DNA from: Trueperaceae bacterium
GTDB lineage: Bacteria > Deinococcota > Deinococci > Deinococcales > Trueperaceae
DNA: 64,000 nt
NCBI GenBank assembly: GCA_034521815.1
Contig: JAXHLW010000013.1
Coordinates: 1,120,001 to 1,184,000 of the forward strand
Direction of reading: 5' to 3'
Every line of letters begins with the position of its first letter. Position 1 is the stretch's first letter. A program made the position numbers and the translations under genes. The notes under the pieces are model-generated. The model was not told the DNA's origin, ran no database searches, and saw only the letters and a list, made by a program, of their open reading frames with translations. Positions 29,783 through 40,223 of this stretch are shown piece by piece.

Positions 29783-32769
29783 GCCGGCGACGACATCGCC
29801 CGCCCGGAGGCCGAGCCGACGGCCGCTCCCCGACGGTCCAGCGCATCGTCCGCGTCGCGACCGTGCTCGCTGTCGTGCTCGCGTGCGCCGGCATCGCGGC
29901 GGCCGAGACGGTCCAGATCGACACGGGCGGCGACCCCGAAGCGCGGCTGGAGCTTCGCACCGTCGTGTTGCCGGGCGGCGAGCAGCGCGAGCTCTACGTG
30001 GTGTCGGCCGAGCGGGTCGTCGTGACGCGAGGCGACCTGGTGCTGATCGCCTCCCGACTCGAGTTCGATCCCGACGCCGGCGTGGTTCGCATCGTCGGTC
30101 GCGGGCGCGTCGAACGCCCGGGCGACGTGCTGGTCGGCGACGATCTGGTCGTTCAGCTCGACGACGGTCGCCTGGACGGCGGCGACGTGCTCGTCATCAC
30201 CGACAGGGTCGACGTCCGGGGCGAGCGCGCCCAGCGGGTCGAGGGGCGCATTCACCTGCTCGAGGGGCGATTCAGCCCGTGCGGCCGCTGTGGGCAGGAG
30301 ATCGAGGACTACGCGTTCGTGGCCGACCGGATCGAGATCCTGCCGGGCGATCGCCTGATCGCGTGGCAGGTCGTGGTCCTGATCCGGGACGCGCCGTTCG
30401 TGGCGCTCCCCCTGCTGGTTCTACCGTTGGCCGAGCCGGCCCGGATCCCTCGCCTCGAGATCGTGCGCGGCGGCGAAGACGCGCAGGCGGAGATCGCCGT
30501 CGACTGGCCGTACGTCTCCGGGCCGAACGCGTTCGGCACCTTCCGTGCCCGGCTGATCATCGACGTGGAGCCCGACCAGGGCGGTCCGGTCGGCGACCGT
30601 CTCCTCGGGGGACGGCCCGAACGGGCGTACCTGGCGGGAGGATTCGACCATCGCTTCTACGACGAGCGGGGGGCCGGCCGCATCGAAGTCGACTACCGGC
30701 CCCGGTTCGCGTCGGAGCGTTCCGACGACCCGGCGACCACCGACCCGGAGCTCAGGTTCGAGGCCCGCTACGACTCCGACGCGGCCGCGGGCGATCCGGT
30801 CGTTTCGGTACGCCTGGCCCGCGACGACGACGCCCGCCCGAACCTCGTCGAGGCCGAGGCCAGCGTCGCCGCCCACGCCGGCGGTTTCCGGACCGAGGCG
30901 TCCAGTCGCGTCGCCATCCCGTTGGAGGCCGGCGTCACGACGCGCCCCAGCTGGGACGGCTCGCGAACGCCGCGAACGGCTCCCGTCCGCCTCCGCGCCG
31001 AGGGCGAGGAGGCGTTCCCGTTCCGTGCCGGCGCGCTGACGCTCGACCGGCTTTCCGTCGACGTCGGCGTGTTCGAGGACGCTCCCGACCCGACGAACCG
31101 GAGTGCCGTGGCCCTGGGGCGGCCGTTCGTCACGGCCGGACGGGCGGAGCTCGCTCACGGGCTCACGCTGGCCCCGGTCGACGTGGCGGGCGTCGAGCTC
31201 AGCGGGCGCACCTCGTTCGTGGGCCGGTACTACGACACCGGCGAGCGACAGATCGACTGGGACAGCGAGCTCAGGGCTCGGCGTTCGCTCGGCGATCTGG
31301 GCTCGGTCGAGCTCCGTCTTCGCCGGGACGCGGCCGAAGGCGAGACGCCGTTCGCATTCGACCGGATTCCGCTCCGCTCGCGAAGCGACCTGGTCGCCTC
31401 GCTCTCTCTCCGCCCGCTCCCGGGAACGCGGCTGTCGGCGGAGGGCGGCTGGCTGCTCGAGGACGACCGCGCACCGGACGAGGTGGGCCTGTTGCCGACC
31501 ACCGTCCGCCTCGAAGCGTTCACGAACGTGAGGGCCATCGACCTGTCGCTGGTGCACGAGGCCGACCCCGCGGAAGGAGACCTCGGCACCGCTCGGCTAC
31601 GGCTCGACGTCCGCGTACCCTCGAGCGCTTGGACGGCGCGCCTGGAGGCGGACGCGCTGCTCGACCTGGACCCCGCCAAGTCGCCGGGCCGGTTCGACGA
31701 CGCGCCACGCGACACCTCGCGCGCCGAGGCGACGGCGTCCCTCGGCGCGACCGATCTCCTCGTCGCGAAGGCTTCGGGCGGTTTCGAGGTCGAGCCGGTC
31801 CGAAACCCGGAAAGCTTCTGGACGCCGCTCGAGCTGTCGGCGACGCTGGGCACGTTGGCCGCCGACGACGCACGGCCGGGGCTCGAGGCGTTCTGGACGT
31901 TCGATCCCGACGACGGCGAGACCGAGGAGGCCGGATACCGGTTCGCGGTCGATCTCGGTCCCGTCCGCGGCGAGATCGAGCAGCGCTTCGGCCCGCCGGG
32001 AGGCGCTCCGGGCCGCCACAGCTTCGCGGTCGTCTGGCGCGATCTCGGCCGCGTCACGGTGGACGGCGTCGAGCTGGTGCCTGCGTCATGGCTGGGGCTC
32101 GAGCCCGACCCGGCCGCGATCCGGCGGCTGTCGGTCCGCGTGGAGGACACGGGATCGGTCCCAGGGGCGCGCTTTCGCGCGGAGTACCGCACCAGCCTCG
32201 TGCCCCGCGGCGACGAGGTCGTTCGGCAGGGCACGAGGTTCGAGGCCACGCTCCGCCTGAGCGAGCGTCGCTTCGCGTCGGGCCTCGTCCGCGCCGCCGT
32301 GGATGCCTTCGTCGACGTCCCGCTCCCGGACGACGGACAACCGACCGCCTATCTGCGGCGCGCCAACCTCCAGCTGGGCCTCGACGTCGCCGGCCGCGTC
32401 GGCCTGCAGGGCACGTTCGGCTACCGTGGCAGCTACGACGTGACCACGGAATCGGTTCGGAGCGGTCGGCTGTCGTTCGAGGAGGTGTCGCTGGTCGTGC
32501 GAGCGACGAACGAGCTGTACCTCGGCGCCACCCTCGACGACGTCTGGGAGATCGTCGACGACGATCCCGCCAGCGACCTGGCCCTGGACCCGAGGCCCAC
32601 GCTGTTCGCGACCTGGGACCGCTGCTGCTGGGCGCTGTACACGAGCTGGGATACCCGCTCCGGCGAGGTCGTGCTCACCCTCGGCGCGCCAGGTAGGAGC
32701 GAAGGACCCCAGTTCACGCTCGATCAGGGGCCCTCCATCCCCTGGGGCGAGGAAGGAGCGGCTCCATGA
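29779..32769 (+). CDS. Large outer-membrane protein, LptD-like
   Basis: Signal peptide, N-terminal beta-jellyroll-like region with FSPCGRC, long beta-rich C-terminus ending DRCCWA; follows two LptF/G genes. Confidence 0.7.
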   Translation: MSRRRHRPPGGRADGRSPTVQRIVRVATVLAVVLACAGIAAAETVQIDTGGDPEARLELRTVVLPGGEQRELYVVSAERVVVTRGDLVLIASRLEFDPDAGVVRIVGRGRVERPGDVLVGDDLVVQLDDGRLDGGDVLVITDRVDVRGERAQRVEGRIHLLEGRFSPCGRCGQEIEDYAFVADRIEILPGDRLIAWQVVVLIRDAPFVALPLLVLPLAEPARIPRLEIVRGGEDAQAEIAVDWPYVSGPNAFGTFRARLIIDVEPDQGGPVGDRLLGGRPERAYLAGGFDHRFYDERGAGRIEVDYRPRFASERSDDPATTDPELRFEARYDSDAAAGDPVVSVRLARDDDARPNLVEAEASVAAHAGGFRTEASSRVAIPLEAGVTTRPSWDGSRTPRTAPVRLRAEGEEAFPFRAGALTLDRLSVDVGVFEDAPDPTNRSAVALGRPFVTAGRAELAHGLTLAPVDVAGVELSGRTSFVGRYYDTGERQIDWDSELRARRSLGDLGSVELRLRRDAAEGETPFAFDRIPLRSRSDLVASLSLRPLPGTRLSAEGGWLLEDDRAPDEVGLLPTTVRLEAFTNVRAIDLSLVHEADPAEGDLGTARLRLDVRVPSSAWTARLEADALLDLDPAKSPGRFDDAPRDTSRAEATASLGATDLLVAKASGGFEVEPVRNPESFWTPLELSATLGTLAADDARPGLEAFWTFDPDDGETEEAGYRFAVDLGPVRGEIEQRFGPPGGAPGRHSFAVVWRDLGRVTVDGVELVPASWLGLEPDPAAIRRLSVRVEDTGSVPGARFRAEYRTSLVPRGDEVVRQGTRFEATLRLSERRFASGLVRAAVDAFVDVPLPDDGQPTAYLRRANLQLGLDVAGRVGLQGTFGYRGSYDVTTESVRSGRLSFEEVSLVVRATNELYLGATLDDVWEIVDDDPASDLALDPRPTLFATWDRCCWALYTSWDTRSGEVVLTLGAPGRSEGPQFTLDQGPSIPWGEEGAAP

Positions 32770-34010
32770 CGGGACGACCGCGGGCGCGTGCGAGCTCCGT
32801 TCGGGCGCTTTCCTCGGCGCTGTGGCTGGCGCTGGGGCTGGGGCTGTGGCTGGCGCTGGGCGTCGGCTGCACCGGCACGCAGGAGAGCACCACCCCGGTC
32901 GCCCTGGTCGTGGCGGGCAACGACGCCGACAGCGGCGAGGCGGTCGTGGGGCTGGTCGCGACCGGGCTTCCGCCCGATCCGACCGCCGACGATCCTCCTC
33001 TGACCTGGCTGCCGAGCTTCCGCCGCACGGTTCCGGGGACGATCATCGACGTCGCGGTCGCACGGGACGACCCGGAACGGCTGTACGTGCTGCACCGCGA
33101 CGGCAGCGACCTCTTGACGGTATTCGACGTCTCCGCGCTGGACGTGGACGACGCGACGACCTTCGAGGCGACGCGCACGATCGATCTCGGGGCGCGCGTG
33201 GAGGCCGCCGGCGTCGCGGACCTTCCGGACGCGAACAGCCTGTGCTCGCGAGGCGTCGTGGTAGCCGGCGACGGTCGCTGGGCTGGCGTCGTGCACGAAG
33301 CCGACGCCTGCGGAGCCGTCGACGACGCGCCCGCGGTGCTGTTGATCGAGCTCGAGCCCGACCCCGGCTCGCAAGCGCGCGTGTTCCCCGACGTCCCCTC
33401 CACCAACGACGCGCCCGGCACCCCCGTCATCGCTCCACGGGGCGGCGAGACGGTCCTGGCGTGGCCCACCCGTGGCGGCGCGGTGCTCGCTCGGGACCTC
33501 TCCGATCCCGGAGGCCCGCCCGACGAGCTCGCGTTCACGGACGGCCTCTCGGACGTGCTGTCGCTGGGACGAGGCGGCCAAGGACTCGTCCTCCTGAACG
33601 AGGACGCCCTGCTCGGCGTGTCGGTCGAGGACGACACCTCCACGCCGCTCTGGGAAGCCCCGGAAGGCACGACGCTGATCCGCGTCGTGGACGCGCACCT
33701 GCTGCCGGGCACGCCTGCGCTGGCGCTGGCCACGGACGGCCTCGTCGTCGTCGCGGACGTGGACGCGGACGTGGACGCGGACCCCGATAGCGTACCGCCC
33801 GTCCTGGCCCCGGTCGCCAGCCCTTCGGGCGCCGTCGTCGGCCCGTACGGCTACGCGTTCGTGACGGCGCAGGGGTCGGTGACGGTGGTCGACCTGCTCA
33901 CGTTCCTGGCCGATCCCGGCACGTCGATCCGGGGGGAAGCGGCCACGAGCCTGGAGGCCCTCAGCGACCCGGTCGCCGTCGACTGGCTGTTCGTCTCGCC
34001 CGCACCGTAA
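32766..34010 (+). CDS. Putative acidic lipoprotein (beta-propeller-like, unknown function)
   Basis: Hydrophobic signal ending LGVGC (lipobox-like), Asp-rich beta segments; ATGA overlap with the LptD-like gene. Confidence 0.65.
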   Translation: MTGRPRARASSVRALSSALWLALGLGLWLALGVGCTGTQESTTPVALVVAGNDADSGEAVVGLVATGLPPDPTADDPPLTWLPSFRRTVPGTIIDVAVARDDPERLYVLHRDGSDLLTVFDVSALDVDDATTFEATRTIDLGARVEAAGVADLPDANSLCSRGVVVAGDGRWAGVVHEADACGAVDDAPAVLLIELEPDPGSQARVFPDVPSTNDAPGTPVIAPRGGETVLAWPTRGGAVLARDLSDPGGPPDELAFTDGLSDVLSLGRGGQGLVLLNEDALLGVSVEDDTSTPLWEAPEGTTLIRVVDAHLLPGTPALALATDGLVVVADVDADVDADPDSVPPVLAPVASPSGAVVGPYGYAFVTAQGSVTVVDLLTFLADPGTSIRGEAATSLEALSDPVAVDWLFVSPAP

Positions 34011-34031
34011 GCAGCCCCGGACGCGGACGCC

Positions 34032-35042
34032 TCAGGCCGAGCTCGCGGTGTCCTCGGCCAGCGTCGCGAGCTCGGTCGCGAGGCGGGGCACGAGCTCGTC
34101 TCGGACCGAGGCGTGCGCGAAGCGCAACGCGTTCCGGACCGCGCGCTGGTCGCTGCTGCCATGCCCGATGAACGCGGGCGCACCGACGCCCAGCAACGGC
34201 TGCGCACCGTAGGTCGAGGGGTCCAGCCGGTCGGCCACGCTGCGGAGCGCGGGACGCGCCAGCAGGCCTCCCACGCGACTGCGCAGGTTCGCCCCGAGCG
34301 CGTCGCGGATCCAGCCGAACAACACTCTCGCCTCCCCTTCGGCGAGCTTGAGAACGACGTTGCCCGTGAAGCCGTCGGTCACCACGACGTCGGTCGTGCC
34401 CATCAGCAGGTCGCGTCCTTCCACGTTGCCGTGGAAGCGGATCCCGGGCGTGGCCGCGAGCAGCGGATACGCGTCACGGACCAGCTCGTTGCCCTTCCCG
34501 GGCTCCTCGCCGATCGAGAGCAGACCGACGGAAGGATCGTCGATGCCGTGCACCAGGCGAGCGTAGACGCTGCCCATCACCGCGAACTGCTGCAGCATGC
34601 GGGGCCGGCAGTCGGCGTTCGCGCCGACGTCGAGAAGGGTGACCACCCCCGTCTTAGCAGGAATGTTCGCGACGATCGCCGGTCGCTCGACGCCGTCCAG
34701 GCGACCGAACCCCAGCAGGGCCGCTGCCATCGTCGCCCCGGAGTGCCCCATCGACACCAGGGCGGAGGCGTCGCCCTCCTTCACGAGACGAGCGGCGACG
34801 GTGACGCTGGCGTCGCTTCGCCGACGCACTTCGGCCGCCGCTTCGTGCATGCCGATGACGTCGCTGGCGTGCACGATGTCGAGCTCGGCTCCGCGGTCGT
34901 CCAACGCGGCCCTCAGGGTCGGCTCGTCGCCGACGAGGACGACCTCGACACCTTCCGCGACTGCCGCCAGGGCGCCGTCGATGGCGGCGTCCGGCATGCG
35001 GTCGCCTCCCATGGCGTCGAGTGCGATTCCAGGCTTCGTCAC
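34032..35042 (-). CDS. plsX: Phosphate acyltransferase
   Basis: IALDAMGGD, ERPAI, LDVGANADC, LLSIGEEPGKG, NVEGRD, VTDGFTGNVVLK, GHGSS. Confidence 0.96.
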   Translation of the reverse strand: MTKPGIALDAMGGDRMPDAAIDGALAAVAEGVEVVLVGDEPTLRAALDDRGAELDIVHASDVIGMHEAAAEVRRRSDASVTVAARLVKEGDASALVSMGHSGATMAAALLGFGRLDGVERPAIVANIPAKTGVVTLLDVGANADCRPRMLQQFAVMGSVYARLVHGIDDPSVGLLSIGEEPGKGNELVRDAYPLLAATPGIRFHGNVEGRDLLMGTTDVVVTDGFTGNVVLKLAEGEARVLFGWIRDALGANLRSRVGGLLARPALRSVADRLDPSTYGAQPLLGVGAPAFIGHGSSDQRAVRNALRFAHASVRDELVPRLATELATLAEDTASSA

Positions 35043-35098
35043 GGCGAGAGTATAGCCCTACGATCCGGGGGTGACGAGCGTCGGCTAGACTCTGGCGC

Positions 35099-36037
<939 letters not shown>

Positions 36038-36080
36038 TCGGGCTGAGTTCCCGTACCGCTCCGCGAAGGTAGGTTGAGCC

Positions 36081-36719
36081 ATGTCTCCCGTTTGGCTGAT
36101 CGTCGTTCTGCTCGTCGTGATCGCTGCGCTGCTGGCCGCGTCCGCGGTCTCGGCGTTCCGCCGCCGGGCGGCCGCCAGCGGAAGCGTGGGGCTCCTCGTC
36201 GCGGTCCTGGTGCTCGCACTGGCCGGTGCGACCGGGGCGGCCGCGTGGTCGCTGGTGCGCTACGAGGCCTTGACGCGCGAGACGCTCGCGGCCGTGATTC
36301 GGGTCGAGCCGGCTGGTCCTGCCCGGTTCGTTGCGGAGCTGGAGGTTCCCGGCGGCGAGGTCCGTCGCTACGAGCTCAGGGGCGAGCAGATCTGGATCGA
36401 CGCGCAGATCGTCAAGTGGCATCCGTGGGCGAACGTGATCGGCCTTCACACCGCCTACCGCCTCGAACGGATCGGCGGCCGGTATCGCTCGGTCGACGAC
36501 GAGCGCACGCTGCCGCGGAGCGTCGAAGCGCTTCACGACGCCGACGACGGCTTCGGATCGGGCCTGTACGATTGGGTCGGTCGCCAGCCTTGGCTCCACG
36601 CGCTGGTCGACGCGCAGTACGGCTCTGGGAGCTTCGTCGCTGCCGACGCGCCCGCCACGATCGAGGTACGCGTGTCCAGCACGGGCCTGCTGATGCGCGA
36701 AGCCCCAGCCGCCCGTTGA
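36081..36719 (+). CDS. Hypothetical membrane protein
   Basis: Two N-terminal TM helices, then LRGEQIWIDAQIVKW...YRLERIGGRY...VDAQYGSGSF; high-GC codon usage. Confidence 0.75.
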   Translation: MSPVWLIVVLLVVIAALLAASAVSAFRRRAAASGSVGLLVAVLVLALAGATGAAAWSLVRYEALTRETLAAVIRVEPAGPARFVAELEVPGGEVRRYELRGEQIWIDAQIVKWHPWANVIGLHTAYRLERIGGRYRSVDDERTLPRSVEALHDADDGFGSGLYDWVGRQPWLHALVDAQYGSGSFVAADAPATIEVRVSSTGLLMREAPAAR

Positions 36720-36744
36720 CAGGCGCGGACTCCAGGAGGTCTCG

Positions 36745-38262
36745 ATGAGCCAGCTCGTTCTCGGTCTCGCACGCGCTCTGTGCGTGCTTCTGCCCGTCGC
36801 GCTGGGTTTGGCCAGCGCACAAGACGCACCGCCCCCGAGCCACGGTGGCGAGGTCGTCGTCGCGATCGCCGCCGATCCGCCGGGATGGGATCCGACCGTG
36901 TCCACGTCTCAGGAGATCCCGCGCGTCGTCTACCACAACGTGTTCGAGGGCCTCGTCCGGTTCGACCGGAACGGCGAGATCGTGCCCGCGCTGGCCGAGT
37001 CGTGGACGCTTTCAGGTGATGCCCTCTCGCTCACGTTTCACGTCCGTCGGGGCGTGCGTTTCCACGACGGGCGTCCGTTGACGCTGAACGACATCGTGGC
37101 GAAGTTCGACCGGGCGCGAGATCCGGACTCGGGTCATACCAACGCCGCCTACTACGAGACGATCGACGCCCTCGTCGTGGACGAGGAGGCGCACACGGTC
37201 ACGTTCCTCCTGTCCAGGCCCACGCGAAGCCTGCTCTACGACCTGGCCCGGCCCGACTCGGTCGTCTACCCCGCCGGCACCGAGACCAGCCAGCGAGGTC
37301 GGCCCGTAGGCACGGGCCCGTTCCGGTTCGTGGAGTATCGCGAGGGCTCGGAGGTGCGGCTGGAGCGGTTCGAGGACTACTATCTGGACGGCGTTCCGTA
37401 TCTCGACGCCGTCCGGTTCAGGATCATCGGCGATCCCAACACCCGCTACGCGGCGCTGCGTGCTGGGGACGTGGACCTGATCGGCACGTCGCTCGCGCCC
37501 GAGCAGTTCCTGCAAGCTCGGCAGGATCCTTCGCTCGTCGCCACGGAAGGCACCGCCACGACGGAGATCACGCTGGCGATGAACAACGCGCGTGCGCCGT
37601 TCGACGACGTTCGCGTTCGACAGGCGATCACGCACGCGATCGACAAGCGCGCCATCGTCGAGGGCGCCATGTTCGGGCTGGGGACCGTCATCGGGACCCA
37701 CATGAGCCCGGCCGAGCCGTACTACCTGGATCTGACGGACACCTACCCGTACGATCCCGATCGCGCCCGAGAGCTGTTGGCCGAGGCCGGCTACCCGGAT
37801 GGGTTCGACGTCGCCTTCGAGCTGCCCGAGCCGTACGCGCTCGAGCGCCGCAGCGGCCAGGTGATCGCCCAGCAGCTCGCCGAGGTGGGGATCGACGTGG
37901 AGCTGAGCGTGGTCGAGTGGGGGACGTGGATCCAGCGCATCTTCCTCGGCGCCGACTACGACATGACGATCATCGGTCATTCCGAGCCGCGGGACATCGA
38001 CGTCTACGCCGACCCGGAGTACTACTTCCAGTACGAGAACCCACGGGTCGCCACCCTCGTGACCGAGGCGGAGTCGGCCTCGACCCGAGAGGCCGAGATC
38101 GCCGCCTACCGCGAGATCGCTCGCATCATCGCCGACGATGCCGTCGCCGTCTGGGTCTTCAGCCCTCCGTACCTGGTCGCCGCGCGCGAGGACGTGCACG
38201 GCTTCTGGACCGACCAGCCGACACCGGCGATCGACATGACCGAGGTCCATCGGGGGCCCTGA
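36745..38262 (+). CDS. Peptide/nickel ABC transporter substrate-binding protein (family 5)
   Basis: Signal peptide, NVFEGLV, PALAESW, RRGVRFHDG, VGTGPFRF, PFDDVRVRQAI, YDPDRARELLAEAG; AGGAGG RBS. Confidence 0.93.
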   Translation: MSQLVLGLARALCVLLPVALGLASAQDAPPPSHGGEVVVAIAADPPGWDPTVSTSQEIPRVVYHNVFEGLVRFDRNGEIVPALAESWTLSGDALSLTFHVRRGVRFHDGRPLTLNDIVAKFDRARDPDSGHTNAAYYETIDALVVDEEAHTVTFLLSRPTRSLLYDLARPDSVVYPAGTETSQRGRPVGTGPFRFVEYREGSEVRLERFEDYYLDGVPYLDAVRFRIIGDPNTRYAALRAGDVDLIGTSLAPEQFLQARQDPSLVATEGTATTEITLAMNNARAPFDDVRVRQAITHAIDKRAIVEGAMFGLGTVIGTHMSPAEPYYLDLTDTYPYDPDRARELLAEAGYPDGFDVAFELPEPYALERRSGQVIAQQLAEVGIDVELSVVEWGTWIQRIFLGADYDMTIIGHSEPRDIDVYADPEYYFQYENPRVATLVTEAESASTREAEIAAYREIARIIADDAVAVWVFSPPYLVAAREDVHGFWTDQPTPAIDMTEVHRGP

Positions 38263-38314
38263 CCCGGTCCACGCGAGCGCCGGGTCGTTCCAGCGCCGCT
38301 CCCGCATCCCGCTC

Positions 38315-39262
38315 ATGCTTCTCTACCTCGTCCGTCGCGCCCTGACCGCAGTGGTGAGCGTCGTGCTCGCGTCGCTGGTGGTGTTCTCGGCTCTGCTGGC
38401 GATCCCGGGCGATCCTGCCGAGATCATCCTCGGGCTGGACGCCTCGCCCGAGGCACGGACGGCGCTTCGAGACCAGCTCGGGCTGAACCGGCCCGCCCCC
38501 GTCAGGTATCTGACGTGGGTGGCCGGCGCGTTGCGGGGCGACCTGGGCGAGTCGATCGTCTACCAGCGCCCCGTGCGTGCCCTGATCGCGGATCGGCTGG
38601 GCGTTTCGGTTCCGCTGGCCTTGGGGGCCGCCCTGATCGCCGGCCTGATCGCGCTGCCGCTGGGCCTGCTCGCGGCGCTTCGTCGGGGCACCTGGGTCGA
38701 TCCCGTCGTGACCTCGGTCGCGCAGCTGGGAGCTGCCGTACCGTCGTTCTGGCTGGGCTTGCTGTTCGTCCTGCTGTTCGCCGTCGAGCTCGGGTGGCTG
38801 CCGGCTGGAGGCTTCTCGCCCTGGGCTCGCGATCCGGTCGCCAGCATGCGGAGTCTCGTTCTGCCGATGCTGGCGCTGGGCCTCGGCCAAGCAGCGGTCA
38901 TGACGCGCATGACGCGGTCGTCCATGATCGAAGCGTTGGCGCAGGATTACGTCCGGACGGCACGCGCCAAGGGGCTTCCACCGGCTCGCGTCACCTTCGG
39001 CCACGCGCTCCGGAACGCCCTGGTCACGCTGGTCACGATCCTCGGGCTGAGCCTCACCAACGTGTTCATCGGTTCGATCGTGATCGAACAGGTCTTCGCC
39101 CTTCCTGGGCTCGGGCAGCTGGCGCTCACGGCGATCGGCACGCGCGATCTGCCTCTCGTCCAGGGGGAGATTCTGCTCTACGCCACGACCATCATCGTGT
39201 TGAGCTTCCTGGTGGATGCGTCGTACGCGCTGCTCGACCCGCGGATTCGGTACGAGGCATGA
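38315..39262 (+). CDS. Peptide ABC transporter permease (DppB/OppB-like)
   Basis: PGDPA, GDLGES, PSFWLG, QDYVRTARAKGL (EAA loop), HALRNAL, LDPRIR. Confidence 0.93.
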   Translation: MLLYLVRRALTAVVSVVLASLVVFSALLAIPGDPAEIILGLDASPEARTALRDQLGLNRPAPVRYLTWVAGALRGDLGESIVYQRPVRALIADRLGVSVPLALGAALIAGLIALPLGLLAALRRGTWVDPVVTSVAQLGAAVPSFWLGLLFVLLFAVELGWLPAGGFSPWARDPVASMRSLVLPMLALGLGQAAVMTRMTRSSMIEALAQDYVRTARAKGLPPARVTFGHALRNALVTLVTILGLSLTNVFIGSIVIEQVFALPGLGQLALTAIGTRDLPLVQGEILLYATTIIVLSFLVDASYALLDPRIRYEA

Positions 39263-40107
39263 GCACCACCTGGAGGTCGTCTTCGGCTGGGCGGCTGCTG
39301 CGGCGAGCGGGGCCGAGCTTCTGGATCGGGGGCGCCCTCATCGTCGTCGTCGTCGCCGCAGCGCTGGTCAGCTTCGTGTGGACGCCGTACCCGCCCAACG
39401 CTCTCGACTTCTCCGTGCAGCTGCAAGGTCCTAGCTGGAGCCATCCGCTGGGCACCGACCATTTCGGGCGCGACCTGCTCAGTCGCGTGCTGGTCGGGGC
39501 GCGCTCGACGCTGTACGTCGGGGTTCTGGCCGTCGGGCTCGCATTGGGCCTCGGCAGCACCGTCGGTCTCGTGTCGGGCTGGGTGGGCGGATGGGTCGAC
39601 GACGCCGTCATGAGGCTCGTGGACGTGCTTTACGCGTTTCCTGCGATTCTGATGGCGCTGCTCCTCGCCGCGGTGTACCGCCCTGGCACGTTTACGGCGA
39701 TGACGGCCATCGGCCTCGCGACCGTCCCGATCTTCGCCCGTATCGCGCGATCGTCGGCGTTGACTCTTCGTTCGGCACCGCACGTCGAGGCGGGTCGCGC
39801 CTTGGGGGCACGACCTCGCGAGGTGCTGCTGCGTCACGTCGTTCCTGGCGCGCTGTCTCCTCTCGTGATCCAGGCCAGCCTGAGCCTGTCGGTCGCCGTG
39901 CTGGCCGAGGCGGCCCTGAGCTTCCTGGGCCTGGGCACCCCGCCGGACGTGCCTAGCTGGGGCAACATGCTGCGCGAGGCTCAAGGGTTTCTCGCCATGA
40001 GTCCGTATCCGGCGCTCGTCCCCGGGTTGGCGATCGTCGCGACCGTGCTGGGATGGAGCCTTCTCGGTGACGGCCTCCGCGACCTGTTGGACCCTCGGCT
40101 CCGCTGA
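39259..40107 (+). CDS. Peptide ABC transporter permease (DppC/OppC-like)
   Basis: HPLGTDHFGRDLLSR, VEAGRALGA, EAALSFLGLG, PSWGNML, GDGLRDLLDPR; ATGA overlap with dppB. Confidence 0.93.
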   Translation: MSTTWRSSSAGRLLRRAGPSFWIGGALIVVVVAAALVSFVWTPYPPNALDFSVQLQGPSWSHPLGTDHFGRDLLSRVLVGARSTLYVGVLAVGLALGLGSTVGLVSGWVGGWVDDAVMRLVDVLYAFPAILMALLLAAVYRPGTFTAMTAIGLATVPIFARIARSSALTLRSAPHVEAGRALGARPREVLLRHVVPGALSPLVIQASLSLSVAVLAEAALSFLGLGTPPDVPSWGNMLREAQGFLAMSPYPALVPGLAIVATVLGWSLLGDGLRDLLDPRLR

Positions 40108-40134
40108 CCTGTCCATCTGCGTCGTGGACGGGTC
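40106..40134 (+). terminator. Hairpin immediately after the peptide ABC operon
   Basis: GACCTGTCCA-tctgcgtcg-TGGACGGGTC; no U-tract, so terminator function is uncertain. Confidence 0.45.
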
Positions 40135-40223
40135 GGCAACAACGCTTGCGTACGGCAACCGGGATGCAACCCTCCTCGGACAACACTCCTCTTAGGCGGG
40201 AAACCAACCGGAGGAGGTTGTCG

